From Sphagnum compactum (Eukaryota): 64,000 nt of DNA. The notes below the pieces were generated by a model. The model was not told the origin of the DNA. It did no database searches and saw only the letters and a program-made list of their open reading frames with translations. Shown in pieces: positions 1-13,200 of this stretch (position 1 is its first letter; every line of letters starts with the position of its first letter). Made by a program: the position numbers and the translations under genes. Where the stretch lies: positions 3,906,001 to 3,970,000 of the forward strand of contig OZ234493.1 of NCBI GenBank assembly GCA_965153455.1, read 5' to 3'.

Positions 1-949
1 CCTACACATAAAATCTTTTTTTTAAAATTATTATTTCCAAATTTTTATAAAAAAAAACACTTGACTATGCACTTAGAGTTTAAAATTCTATTTCTTGAAC
101 AACATTTTTGCAAAAGGAAAATTATGCAAAAGTTCATCAAACCACCACATAGCACTCTAGTAATTGAGTTTTTCCTACAATTCCACAAACTCAAAGTAGG
201 GTAAGCAAGTTGTCGATTGATCATTTGGTGTATTAGAGGTGAATCACATATTCAATCATTGTTCTTTTGTGTCTAATGTCCAAAGAAAATATGTATATCT
301 CCTATGGGTACATCCATAGCCTTTTAGATCATTCAAAATGATCAAAATGAGGAAAATATGATCCCGGGTTTTGAATTTGAAAATTTTCTAAATATTGCAC
401 ATGGCACTATGTGAAACACCTAACTACCTATAATCAAATGGTCAAATGTCCATGATTGGATGTTACTACCCCATTACCAAAATGGATTTTATTCCTTTTA
501 TCCATTCATGTGACTTCCAATGATTCACATGTCCTCCAATGCTAAAGATCTAAGAGAAAAAAAGGTTTCCTAATCTAAAATCACGGGTATTTTAGGGTTC
601 ATGAAACCTAAAATTTTGCATGCTAATCATCAACACTGCAAGGACCTTTAAGTCATGGTTCTATTTTTGCATAGCAAGTTGGGTTCACCATTAAATATTC
701 TCGTGTAAGCTTAAGTGGGTTTTGTTTTTTAGGTGTTTGTCATTTTCTTAATGCTTTGTTTTCTTAAATATGCTCTTGTAAGTAGCTTTGGTGTTCCTCT
801 TCCTAATTTTCATCATTTTGTGTTTGTGTTCGATTTGGTGTTCTTCTTCATGGTCCTCATCACCTTGTTGTTATGTTCAACATGGCACTCCTTCATTGTA
901 CTTATACATGTTTCAAATGTGTTTTAGATGCAAAAACTATGTGCAAAAA

Positions 950-1900
950 CTATGAACCTATAAAGACCAAATGTCACACAATTTTCATTTCCAAATCATG
1001 CAATGCAAATGGACCATTATCCCATCCCTTTTTTTTAGTGTTGTTGAGAAACATTTGAACTAGGATACATCTCAATGTTGGATAACATGTGATATGTGCT
1101 AAGGTAGGGTGATCATATCTAACCCAATTGTTGTGCTTGCACTATTGCTTTTAAAAGTGATATGTGAATCATGCCCAACCATAGTTAATATATTGAAATT
1201 GGTTAATAAAATTCCACTTGGAATAAACTTTTGTAAGAAAGACAAGAATTATTCAAATAGGACACATGTCATCCAAACCTTCTTTTGCATTGACATATAT
1301 ACATGTCCTTAGTTTGCAAAGTTTGGCGTAGTCATCCCACAATCTTTCATCATTAAAAATGAAAAATCCCACTTGTTACATTTATCTTTATATAATTGAC
1401 ATTTAACCATTTGACCAATAATTGAGAATGGTGTATAAACTTGATTTCAACCTTTTTTAGCTAGAACTATTGCTCCTAATTTTATTTTTATTTGAATTCA
1501 TGTTTCATTCAATATATATATATATATATAATTATAATTGTGGTGATTGTACAATCCTTCAAGTTTCGAATTACAAGAATTATTCATCAAACATTGTTCC
1601 TTGCAAATTTTGAATCCATCTATGTGTTGAATATTCAATTTTGGATGTCTACGCTTGAACCCATACCACTAACTATTCCATGCTACATTATTGTGAAATA
1701 ACATGTTGTACTAGTTTGCATGAGCTCTACCACTTTCATCTTGAGCTATTAGAAGGTTATTGACAACCTACATTTTTACATAATTGAGGTCCAAATAATT
1801 ACTATTACACCTTTTTCTTTTGTTATCACATTAACTTGTTGCCTTTGTTTTCCTCATTACAAAAAATCATAATTTAAAAAGTTGTCCAACTTGATTGATC
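950..1900 (-). mobile_element. Decayed pogo/Tigger-like (Tc1-mariner, DDE_1 + CENP-B HTH) transposase remnant
   Basis: Minus-strand translation across stops and frameshifts gives LKMKVVELMQT (HTH region), GAIVLAKKG*NQVY, MQKKVWMT and GHDSH...LGLDMITLP*HISHVIQH*DV. This matches the DDE_1 'WMT...DGHxSH...LPxHTSHxLQPLDV' signature. Confidence 0.75.
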
Positions 1901-2177
1901 ACTTATATGTTTTGATTGGAAAAATAGTTTTTTAAAAATTGGAAATGTGGGTGCTAAAGTGACATGCCTTTTTCATATGTTCATTTGGTTAAAATGAGTT
2001 TTTTGACTACTTGGACAAATGTGACATTCTAGAAAAAGGACAAAACAATGAACACCTCTAACAAAAAATGACCAAATGCATACACTTTTGATTAAAAAAG
2101 AAAGGATTGTAGTCAAATGGGACATATGTCTATTTTAATGGTCATATGAAAAGACATCAAATGGACCCATTAAATTG

Positions 2178-2470
2178 GTAGGCTAGGTAGGTAGATTATG
2201 TAGGTAGGTATTCAATTAACTAGTTTATGTAGGTTAGGTTAGGTATGTAGACTAGGTAGGCTAAGTTAATTAATTAGTTTGGTAGGTAGGTAAGTAGGTA
2301 GGGTATTTAGTTTAAGCTATTTAAGTAGATTAAGAAAAAAAGGTTCACATGAATATGACAATGTGACGTATTGTTTGTTGATGTGATGTTTGATGGTTAG
2401 TTACCTATTATTTACCTATGTAATAGGTAGGCTAGTAGGTAGGTAGTGAAGTAGGCAAGTTGGTCAGTAG
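2178..2470. repeat. Degenerate (TAGG)n microsatellite-rich tract
   Basis: Repeated taggtagg runs are visible directly. Confidence 0.7.
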
Positions 2471-3146
2471 GTGGGTATAAATACAAATTGATTATTGATT
2501 TGACCAATAGTCAATTTGTCCATCTTCGTGTTGGTAAAAAACTTTGTGGTCAACTTGGCACATGTTCAACTTGATTAGTTGTCACATTGGATAGGTTGAA
2601 ATCAACTTGTCAAAAAATTGGTTAATCAAGTTCATAAACATTCAAAATGTGACTTTTTTATTATTTTCTTGGTAGAAAATATTATGATTTCTTGTAAGCA
2701 ACTTGTCGCCAAATGTTCTGATATCATGAGTTTTGTATGTGTTTTGTTTTTCTTTGTCCATTTTATGATTGAATATAAAGTGATGCACATTTGTGCATGC
2801 TTTTACAATGCATTTTCACTACATGTTCACAAAACTCATTTTTGTAAATTTAGTGATGAGACAACTCAAGAATGTTTATAGTTGGGGTTGTTCGTTAGTT
2901 TAGGGTTATCATTATGTTTTGATTCCACTCTTGCCTTCTCTAGCAAATATTTTCACAACAATGTTTTATCCAAATTTTAATAGACACTTCATTATTTGAA
3001 TTTGTTTATCAAGCTTTGTGGTGGGGGGGGTCATGGTGAGGCATTGGGCTTTGGATTGTACTAAATTTGTCAAATTCCTTGGGACTTTTGATTTTGCAAG
3101 GGAAATTTGATAGTTTGTGGTGGAGATGTTTTTAAAACAATTCCAA

Positions 3147-3430
3147 CAATGCTAAATATGTGACCTTGCAAAAATATTTTTCATCCAAGTTTAGTTGTTC
3201 ACTTTTTTTCAATCCACTAAAACTAGGATTGCAAATAGATGGGAAACTATTAACAACAACCCATCCAAACCAATTGACCTATGTAGGTAGCCAATCAATA
3301 CCATGTGTTACGCTTTGTTATGCCTTATGCAAAAATACCACGAGACAATTATTTTTGTGAAACCAAAGTAACATGTTTTGAATTTTTTTGTCATCCAATT
3401 TTCTTTTGGAAGGCCACGTGCTAAGTATTG
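3147..3430. mobile_element. Degenerate MITE-like element (~284 bp)
   Basis: Imperfect terminal inverted repeats: caatgctaaatatgtgaccttgcaaaaa versus reverse complement caatacttagcacgtggccttccaaaag. No clear TSD. Confidence 0.45.
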
Positions 3431-3849
3431 ATGAAGTTGCTCTAAAGTGCAATAGTTCATTTATATAATATTTTAAATGTAAAAAAAAAAAAGGTCCTAC
3501 CCGATGTGTACCCACCAAATATCACAAATTTAATATATAAAAAATGATGGAACTTTACACATAATAACGTCCTTGAGAGAGGATGTTCCGATAACCAAGG
3601 CCATGTTCTACTCCGCCTCGTGCAAGCCCCTTATTGTAGAGATGCCTATGGAATACCAAAAGGATCATTTTTTTTAACATACCCCTTGCTTTAGAATATA
3701 TTCCATTAGCCCAAGTGAAATTCCATTAGTATGATGTCGATTCCATATATTTGTCTTAGAGCTTGTGATTTCAAAGCCCTTAGCACATGGGGTTTTTGAT
3801 TCCCTAGCACGGGTTTTTGGACTCCCAGCATGGGGTTTGGATGTTGTGG

Positions 3850-3914
3850 AAGTTGGGCATGTTTTCTTATAGTTTTCAAATTATAATGATAATTATAAGA
3901 AACATGCCCAACTT
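3850..3914. repeat. Inverted repeat/hairpin with ~28-nt arms
   Basis: aagttgggcatgttttcttatagttttca ... tgataattataagaaacatgcccaactt, with 1 indel, 2 mismatches and an 8-nt loop. Confidence 0.85.
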
Positions 3915-4486
3915 GCATGGGTCCTAACCTAGCTCTCAAAATAAAACCCCGGATGCTCTAAACAAAAAGCCCAATTAAGAAAAAGGCATTAAAAATATTT
4001 AACAACAATTTTTTTTGCCAAATATTGGGTTAGCTAGCTTTGTGCACATTTTTTTCTTCTTAAAAAAATAATTGGGCAACTTTATGGAATACTTAGGTAG
4101 CTTTCAATTAGGACGTGTTTCACAACAAAAAACGGTTACTCTAAGAAGCCCAAGCAAAAGAAGACTAGGTGGATGTTTTCTTCATATTGATTTTATTGCT
4201 TCCTTTCCTTTCCTTTCCTTTCCTTCCCATTTCACTTGAATCATAGATTTGAAGACCTTGATTGACCTTGGTCTTTGGTGATTTGCAACATGGACCACAT
4301 GTGAAAACATTGACCCCATACCATCATCATAGTAGAAAAGCAACTTGGTAGCAATTACACACAAACAAGCAAACAACTTTGAGTCTTGAAGGGTCCCATA
4401 TAGTAAAGGCAACTTGGTTATAATTACACACAAGTGATCAAACAACAACGAGTCTTAAAGGGTCCCATATATGTGTGTGTGTTTGC

Positions 4487-4519
<33 letters not shown>

Positions 4520-5199
4520 AAGTTCATATGATGTGCAATTTTATTCAATTGTTGGGACTAATTGCCAAATTTAATTTAAATTAATATACATTTCATGGAC
4601 ATGAAAAGACACATGTTAACTTTTGTTTTTTCATATTCATGTTGATGGATAACAAAAAATAGTGAAATAGTTATAAAATGGAAGTAATTATAAGAAAGGT
4701 GACCATAAAACACTTTCGAATTAGGGTTTAATTCAGTAAGTTCATAATGCACACCATGTTGTTTGCATTTATTGGTGTGCACTTTGCATTTGCAAGTTGT
4801 GTAAGTTGTTGGTGAATTGACGATCTGTTCAAGTGTTTGAGTCTTGAAGTAAGTTTTTGGGTCGTAAACTAGAAAGCATTTTCAAATTAAGGTTTAGTTC
4901 ATTGAATTTGCACCTTTGTTGTTGGCATTGTCTGGAATCTACATTTGTTAGTGTGCAATGTCAACACTTGCTAATGTGCACTATCTGCACTTGTTGGTGT
5001 GCATTTGCTCGTGTGCATTGATTGCACTTGTTAGTTTTTGCCATGGTTTTTTAAAAAGTTGTTAAACAATTTCAAGTTTAAATATTTCTTTGGTGCTTGA
5101 GTTCCAACATAAAAATCTTGTCCTCTCCATTCCTAATTCTTGTGATGTATCTGAATCTAGTAGCACAAGTGAGTAAAAAAACAGAACCTCATGACCTTG

Positions 5200-7438
5200 A
5201 ATTGCACTCTTCTTCACCTCAGATCTTTCACATAGGCCATGCCGAAAACTATAGTTGTTGATGTTGATGATGAATTTACCCCCGATCCCAAAACACATAA
5301 GAAGCTTGTGATTAATGTAAATCGCAAGTTTCAAGAGATTTGGGTTGTAAAATTGCCAAGGGCAAAGCCCATTTTTAATGAAGTTGGGGTGGTTTTTACA
5401 ATGATATGTCATGTTTGTATGAAAATTGAAAGGAAGGAAAAACTTCTGGTTGCAAAGTGGGATTTTGTTGAGAAACATGTAGGTTAAAAAAAAGGTTCAT
5501 ATGGTAAGTGGATCATGGATCCAAAATGTGTGCATGTGAAAAATGAGATTTCCTTACGCTCAGCTTTCTACAACCACATAGCTGAGTAATGGTCAAGTAG
5601 TGGAGGATAAATGAAAGTTTGTTTGATTTGCAACTATTTTCAGCTTGATGAATAAAGGTAAGCCAATAACTGACTATGAGGATTTCCATCCTTTGTATGA
5701 ATTTTTGAAGTTTCGATCTCTCCCCAAAAAACATTGGTATGATGGGGTTAGTTGGGAGATTACAAAATACATATAGGCTGAAGTTTTGAAGTTTACTAAG
5801 CTTGTTGTCCAAAATTCCAAGTTTATTTCTCTTACTTATGATGAGGTTACAACCATGGATAATGCAAGTTGGGCAAATGTTCATGGTTACATTGTGCAAG
5901 ACTGGTGTCAAATATCATTATTGTTGAATGTGCAACAAGTGTTTTTTAGATCTAGGGTTGATAGTTTGACTTTATTAATCATGAACTCCTTGGTGACACA
6001 AGGGGACCTGAAATATGAGGACATTACTTCAAGGTTGGTTTGTTTTATTTCTAATGGGGTCAGCACCTTCCAAAGATTGAGATTGGGGGTGATAGTCCAT
6101 ATCTAGCAGTAGTATTTTCCATTTGTTATTGGTGTGCATTGTATGGCTCATAAGATAAACCTTGTAGTATAAACCTTTTACAACTTACTTTTGGTTTTTC
6201 ACATTGAAAATTTGTTGCAATGCTTATATGGTTATTTCAGCCATAGCCCCAAAAGGCATTTAAAGTTTATTAAGTTGGTAGATATAATGGAAATTGAGGG
6301 CAATAAGATTCAATGCAACATTAAAACTAGATGGATCTCTATGATTAATCCTGTCAAACATGAGCTGTTCGAATACCACACATTTTCATGAAAATGGCAT
6401 TAGATGTTGCCATATTACCCTTTGCTTAATCTAATTTATCTTCGTTCATTAATGTGGAAACTTTGTTGGGGTTGAATGCAGTGATGCCATTGTTAAAGGC
6501 AATACATTCCTTGATTAAATTTGCACAAGTAAGGGATGTTTTTGTTTGTGATTTCATAGCAGTAGTGAAGATTTTTGATGGGGATGTGTACTACATGTTC
6601 TATGATAGCCAGTCCTCTTTTGAAGGTGATGTGTTCACTAATTTCAAAGCTTTGATCAACACTACCCATGACATTATTAGTCTATGTAGAATTATAGACT
6701 GAACACAGACATTGATCATTTGGCTTTTGAATTTGCTGGCCAACACATTTGGGCCACATCTATAGATCAGATTGGTGCACCTGTTTTTGTTACAAAGGAC
6801 ATATATGGAGGTGTTGTTGCATTTGTGAAATCGTAATGTCAAGAAGTTGCCACTCAGCTTATTATAGAATTACAAGGTAATTTCCCTACCCAAGATCTTA
6901 TGGATGCATTGGGAGTTGTTTACTCACAATATTAGCTGTAACCAAAACTTGAAAAAAGGTTCAATATTCATTTGGCAGTCATGAAGGTAGCCCTCTATCA
7001 GCCTAAGAAGGTAGGACTTAATGAGGTATGGGTTCTAAGTTTGTTTTCTGTTACTGTTCTTGACTTTCAATGATCTTTATTTGTTCTCACCAAGACAAAG
7101 AATGCTAAGCTAGCAGTGCAGAACCTTTTGATGTCAACCCAATAACCAAGTTGTGGAGAACCCTTATTTCCTCTCAAATTCTTGAAGTCAAAATTCCCAA
7201 ATACATCAAGTTGGTTGAACTTGCTATTGTGCAAGTCATTGATTATATGTTGAGGATGAACATTATTTTTTTACATTGACTTTCATGAAGACTAAACTAC
7301 AGAATAGATTAACCATGCATTTGGAGCTTGTGATTGGCATGGGTAATTAAAAGTTTTTTCACTTTGAAAACCTTTCCTTTTGATGCAACAATTCAAAACT
7401 GGAAGGACATCCGAATTCAATATGGTGCACAAAGTTGA
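5200..7438 (+). mobile_element. Decayed hAT transposase (ZNF862-like), pseudogenised
   Basis: Fragmented ORFs: MICHVC (Zn finger), ISLTYDEVTTMDNASW (catalytic D), SNGVSTFQ, VHCMAHKINLVV (CxxH), KTRWISM (RW motif) and the C-terminal dimerisation motif KLVELAIVQVI..VEDE..F.TLTFMKTKLQNRL. Many stops and frameshifts. Confidence 0.85.
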
Positions 7439-8290
7439 GGCTTGAGGCCAATCTACATCCAACCTCCTTGCTTGGGTTTTTTTTTTGCATTCAATATAAT
7501 TATTGACTAAGAATTTCTTTTTGCATGTTAGGCTTTATATTGCAATGGGCAAGGCCTTTTCTGGTCCGGGTTCAATTCCCCCATATAGCTATTAGCTTTA
7601 AAATAGATTTAAAATAACAATCATTAGCAAAAAATAAATCAATTCAGAGTAGGGATGATGAAATGTAGTTGCAAATTTCACTTAGAAGACCTAGAAATAG
7701 CAAATCAGACCTGATCATTTTTTAAAAAAAATCTAAAATAAACTACAAATTTTCTAAGCACATAATTAAACAGATAAACACTCCATGTGTCAATTTTAGC
7801 TTCCAGTGAAGATTGGCAAGTAACAAACTAGCTAAAACTGAAAATTGAAAAAAAAAAAAAAAAAAAAAAAAAAACCCTAATCATCCCTGAAAGGATTCCA
7901 AAAAAAAAATCCCCCACATACATACACACAAATTTTTAAAAAATATTTTAATAACACTATTAAGACATGTACTTGCTATAAATCTCTTTTGAGATGATCA
8001 CAACTGCAAAAAAGAAATGTTAGAAAATTGGGGGGGGGGAAACAATAAAAAAATCCATACCGATAGCCTATAAGGAAAGGAGTAGGTATACTTCATTACC
8101 AAAAAAATTGGGAAAATATATTTTTTTGTTTTTTGGGTCTTTTAAAAAAAATTATTTAAAAAATACTTGCACTGCTAGACTCTAGTAAGTTGGTTGCAAT
8201 GATATAGTAGTAGCCGTAATAATAATAATAATAATAATACTTTCTATTATTTATTCTGGTACAGTAGTAGAAAGTTATAATAATAATATA

Positions 8291-8426
8291 ATATACAGAA
8301 ATGCACACTACAAAGTGTGTACCTCTTTGACAGTTGTTATGTGTGTTTCAATATAATATAATATAATATACAGAAATGACACAAAGTGTGTACCTCTTTG
8401 ACAGTTGTTATGTGTGTTTCAATATA
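8291..8426 (+). repeat. Two-copy ~70-bp tandem duplication upstream of the bHLH gene
   Basis: atatacagaaatg..acaaagtgtgtacctctttgacagttgttatgtgtgtttcaatata occurs twice. Confidence 0.9.
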
Positions 8427-10271
8427 TTCTTTTGTTCCCTTGCACTTTTGTACGGTCGCAAGGAAAGCCTTTGGGAAGCAGGGGAGGAGAGGGAGGGGAT
8501 GGACTGGGAGAGAGAGAGGGAGGAGAGTGTTGTTGCTTTGTGTGAGGAACTCGAGAAGGAGTTTTGAGCATCAGAAGTGGGGAGTCTTTGAAGATTTGGG
8601 AAGAGGACTTGGGGGGGAAGAAAACACAGCGACAGTAGCAAAGAAAGAACAACATCTCTTTTTGGAGGTAAAAGAGTGATATGATTTTCTTTCTTGAAAA
8701 ACAAAAAATTGGGATTTTTTTTTTGTTTCTCTCTTGTGTTTTATTTGTGGTGGGTGGGTGTTGTAGCCTTCTTTTGATTTTGGGTTTTGTTGGTAGAAGA
8801 GAAGAGAAGAGAAGAAAGGAGGAGGAGGAGGAGGAGAGTTTTTGTGGTGATTGTGATGAGTTTTTGTGACCAATACATGATGGGTTTTTTTCTCCCCTTG
8901 GGTTTCATGTGTGTGTATCTGTGTTTTTGTTTGTGGGTTTGTTTTGTTTTTGGGGTGAGGGCTCAGGAATTTGTGGTTTCTGGTTTTTAGGGTTTGCTAA
9001 GGGAGGCCATATGGGGTTCTGAAGGACCTGGATTATCATAGTAATGTGAGTGTCCCAGTGTTTATGTTTTGCTATGATGCAACATCTATGCTATGCTATG
9101 CTTTGCTTTGCTTCTGCTGGGGATCCTCACAAGTTGTGTATTTTTATTTTTGGGGTATAGTCTTCTTCTTTTGTTGTGTTGGGAGTTTTTTTTTGGGCCC
9201 CCTAAGATTTCTTTTTAAAGGTGAAGAAGGAAGCTGTGTTTTCTGAAGTTAGTTTCATGTACAAGATTGATGAGTGCCATGAGTTTTTTTTGTGACTGGA
9301 ACAACCATTTTGACACAGTGTTATAAACTTGCGGTTTGCTTTTGGAAATCCTCTTTCTTTCTGCTACTTGTGAGCTTCTGTCTTACAGTGGCTGTTTTGT
9401 TTCTTTGTTTCTCTACAGTCACATTGATTTTTTTCCCTTTCCGCCTCCCCCTAAGTATCTGGATTTCTGGTGAGACAGTAGTGTAAAGGAGGCCTTTGCT
9501 TCACATTCTGCATGGAAAGTGATGTGGTGCAAAGTGGGTCAGTGTGGAAAGAAACTGATTATCTTGTCTAGGTGGCCTTTTCAAGGCGCTCTGTTTCAAG
9601 TGTACAGATCCATCGGTGATTCTGTTCAGTATGCCATGATTTCTTGGATATGTGAAAAATGAGAGATCACTTTGCAGATCCACTCCTTGGTTTTGTTGAG
9701 GTTTTGATGCATGTGTTTTATGAGTATGTGAAGGCTGTGGAGAGTGGGTAGCAAGTTTCTGGTTGTGTTGCATTTGAGCATTTCCTCTGGGTGTGTGGTT
9801 TTGGAAGTGAGTTCTATGTTTGGGAATGGTTTTGTTATGGAAAGCTCATGTTCAAAGCTCTAGGAGGACTAACTCTCTTGCTGCCAGTTTCTGAAATCAT
9901 GGAAAACAGTCAATAGATTTGGAGTGTCATCTGTCGCATGCAATATTCAAGTCATGAAATATTTTGGGATTTTGATTGAACACTGGCTGCAATACTGTTG
10001 TTAAGTGCCTCAATAGAGTTGAGCTTCTTTGAAGTTTTTGTCTTGAATTGGGGGCCTTTTTCACCTGTTGCCTTTGCTTTGTTACATATCTGATCCATTG
10101 ACTTTCTGTCAGTGAATCAAGTTAGAAATGTTGTACTGTGTCTGATGAGAATTTTTTTTCCCAGAGGTCCTGTCTAATGCACAGCTCCAAGAACAAACCT
10201 TCCACTGGCAACTTTTTTTGGCTTCATTTTTCAATGTTCCTGACTGCTGCAAGGGTTGTTCTGTGTGCAGA

Positions 10272-13200
10272 ATGTCACAATTGGAAATGCCAGGAGCCTC
10301 ATCCCTCCTTGATCTCAGGATGCCGGAGGATGAGACTCATCATAAGCGCCTGAAAACTTTGGTACAGTGCTTGAACTGGACGTATGGAGTCATTTGGAAG
10401 CTCTCACCTGGCGATAGGTGGGCAAGCAAATTTTTCCTGATGATGTGTTGCAGTGTACTTGTATTCATTGTATTGAAGCATCAAGCTTTAAGAAGTGTGA
10501 GGTCATTGCCTCCTTGACATCCAATCAGTAGGAGTTAGCATTGGCGAGGCATGAGAAAATGTGGTTGTTTCTGACTGCTATGCTTGAATTCACATGTCTA
10601 CAGGTTTGACCTGGAATGGGTTGATGGCTGGTTTGATCCTACAAGCTTCGAGTCCGGTCACACTCTCATGCCACAATTCTACTCCATCTTCAAGACCTGT
10701 AGTTTCAAGGATCCCAGTGCACATGGGTAAGAGTTAGATAATAACCTTGTAGACCTTGAATTGAAATGCAAGTCTCTAGCTCTGAAAAGTGGTGTTAGCT
10801 ACCACAATTGGATTTAAGAAACGCTCTAATCTACAGTGTATCTGTTGACATATGCCATTCTTATCAAAATGCTCAGAAGCTTAAAAATCTGAGCAATCCA
10901 GAAAAAATCTGTTTATGTCTGTGCTTGCAGATATTCTGCTGTGGCCTTGAGACAAGTCACCTCTTTTTGGTGGACTAGCCAAATGGTAGAAGTTCCCACT
11001 GACAAGTGCAAAGCTCGATTTCTGCAGGTAACTTGCCAAGCCCATTCTTGCAGGATTTTTGGCAGACCTTCAACTACTTCTATTTGTGGCAATCTGTCTG
11101 CTTGCAACACTTGCTCCTTCCTCTAGTTTAAGTGCTGGAGGAGACAATGAGCCAAGGAATGTAGATTGCAAAAAATTCTGTCTGAGAAACAACTGTCCTC
11201 TGACCTTTTAGTGCACCTGTCTGTTGTGGTTACAGTGTATTCTGACCTCTTTTTATTTGTGTGTGTGTTTTGTTTGAACTCTGGTGCAACCATTAGGAAG
11301 CACACATTCAGGTAAAACATCTTCTCTAGTGACTACTAATTTCTGCGCATCTTACATTCTTTTACATCCAGTTTACAATTTGCTTGTACCTACACAGACC
11401 GATTCTTTCTCACTTGTAGTTTTGATGTCATCACAATAAATGTTGGAGAAAACCAACCCCCTTCCACACTGGAGGCATGCCAGGGTTTCTGACACCAGGG
11501 CCGTCATGTCTGAAGTTGCCGAGCTCTTTTCCCATGACCCTCTTCTGTTAGTGTGGTTTGTGGCAGTGCTGAACAAAATTTGCTGTTGACAATTTTCTCA
11601 AAGAGAAAAGTTGGAGAAATTCTCACATATTGCATTTTCTTTTGATGCAACAGACCATTGTTTGCATTCCAAGGCTGGGAGCAGATGGCATGTACTGTGC
11701 AGAACTCGCTACAACTGCTCTGGTAGGTGGATGCCCATCTTGTCCATGAGATTCAGCTGAGCTCTTGTATGTACCCCATTTGAATTTGAGCAAGTGGATC
11801 TCACCTGAGGAGCTTTGCCTCTACACCATTGAGGTTGCTTGTTATGTACACACAAGAAAAGAGAGGACCCAATTTGGCCTAGATCTATAGTACAAGTGTG
11901 CCCATTTGAATGTGATTAGTTTGTTGGTAGCTTAGAAGAAATTTTTGTGCGCTGTTATCAGTCAAGAGTATTGATATAGTCTTCAGTGCTGTCACAGGTA
12001 TCAAAAACAGATGCTCTGATGAATATCTTGCAAGGATATGTGTCAACATTAGTTACACCTCACATGTTCAGTGCAATGGAGTCTCCATCAGCAAGCACTT
12101 TGAGCTCTATGGTCTCTCTGGGACAGGAATACCCAAACAGTAACCAATTTTCTTCTCCTGCTGTTGTGGCTCCCTTAAACTCAAGAACAACAGCAGGTGC
12201 ACAAATGATGGCACCCGGTTCATCTGGGTTTGTTCCTCCTCTCAATGCCAACAGGTATATTCCTGGTGATTTCAACGAGTCTCTTGGGAGCTCAGGCACA
12301 ATTCTCAGGCAAGAGGAGCCCTACTTTCAATGGACCACACCGGGGAATCAATCCATCTTCTTTGGCAATGGAAGTGGGTTGTTTGATGAGCCTGACACAG
12401 ACGTGGATGTTGAGAAAACCATGTTCAATTCATTGGATAGTAGTAATGGTGCATCAAAATCTGCATCAAGCCTTGGTGTCATGAGTCCTTGCACATGGGA
12501 CTCTGACACACTTGAACCTGAAGAGGTTGTGATACAGGCACCAGCAGTGCCAGATTTTCCTGTTGAGCATTACATTGAGCATTCTAGGCGCATGAATTCT
12601 GTGTCTTTACCTGCTCAAAGTGCAGAGGATCTTCTTGTTCTTTTAGCTGGCCCTAAGCCACATGCGACCTCAGCTTCAAAGTGCAAAATGACAGCGAGCC
12701 TTCAGACTGATGCACAATTTTCATCTTTCTCTCATCTCCTTGAAACAGGCAGTGTGTATGACACTCCTGAAGCTCAGGTGAAGACAATGGACCAGGCAAC
12801 TTCAAGCATTGATCCATTCTGCCTGAAACAATCAACACACATGAGCTTCCTACAAAACCTTTCAGGCTGGCCACCCCATGGCACCGAGCCACTCATGGAT
12901 GTGTATGACAATGGACTTGCTCTGCCAGCATTGTGTTTTCGGCATAACAAGAAGTCTCTCTTTCAAAGAAGAGTTTGCTTGAAACAGTCAGAGGAAGGGA
13001 GAGATGATCATCCAGCAAGACAATCTCTGTTACGGAAATGGACAGAGAAAATAGTCCCCATGATTCAAGAAGATGCTCAACAACAGAAACTTGCAGAGCA
13101 AGAGTTAGCCAGGTTACACCCTACCCCAAGTTCTGGAGATAGTGCAAGGAGGTCAAATCCAGCTCAGGATGACGCTGCCCACATTCACAAGCTTGCAGAG

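Noticed and set aside
4550-7830. Terminal inverted repeats for the first hAT element
   Set aside because: Only a weak ttgccaa/ttggcaa match and no TSD, so the boundaries cannot be supported.
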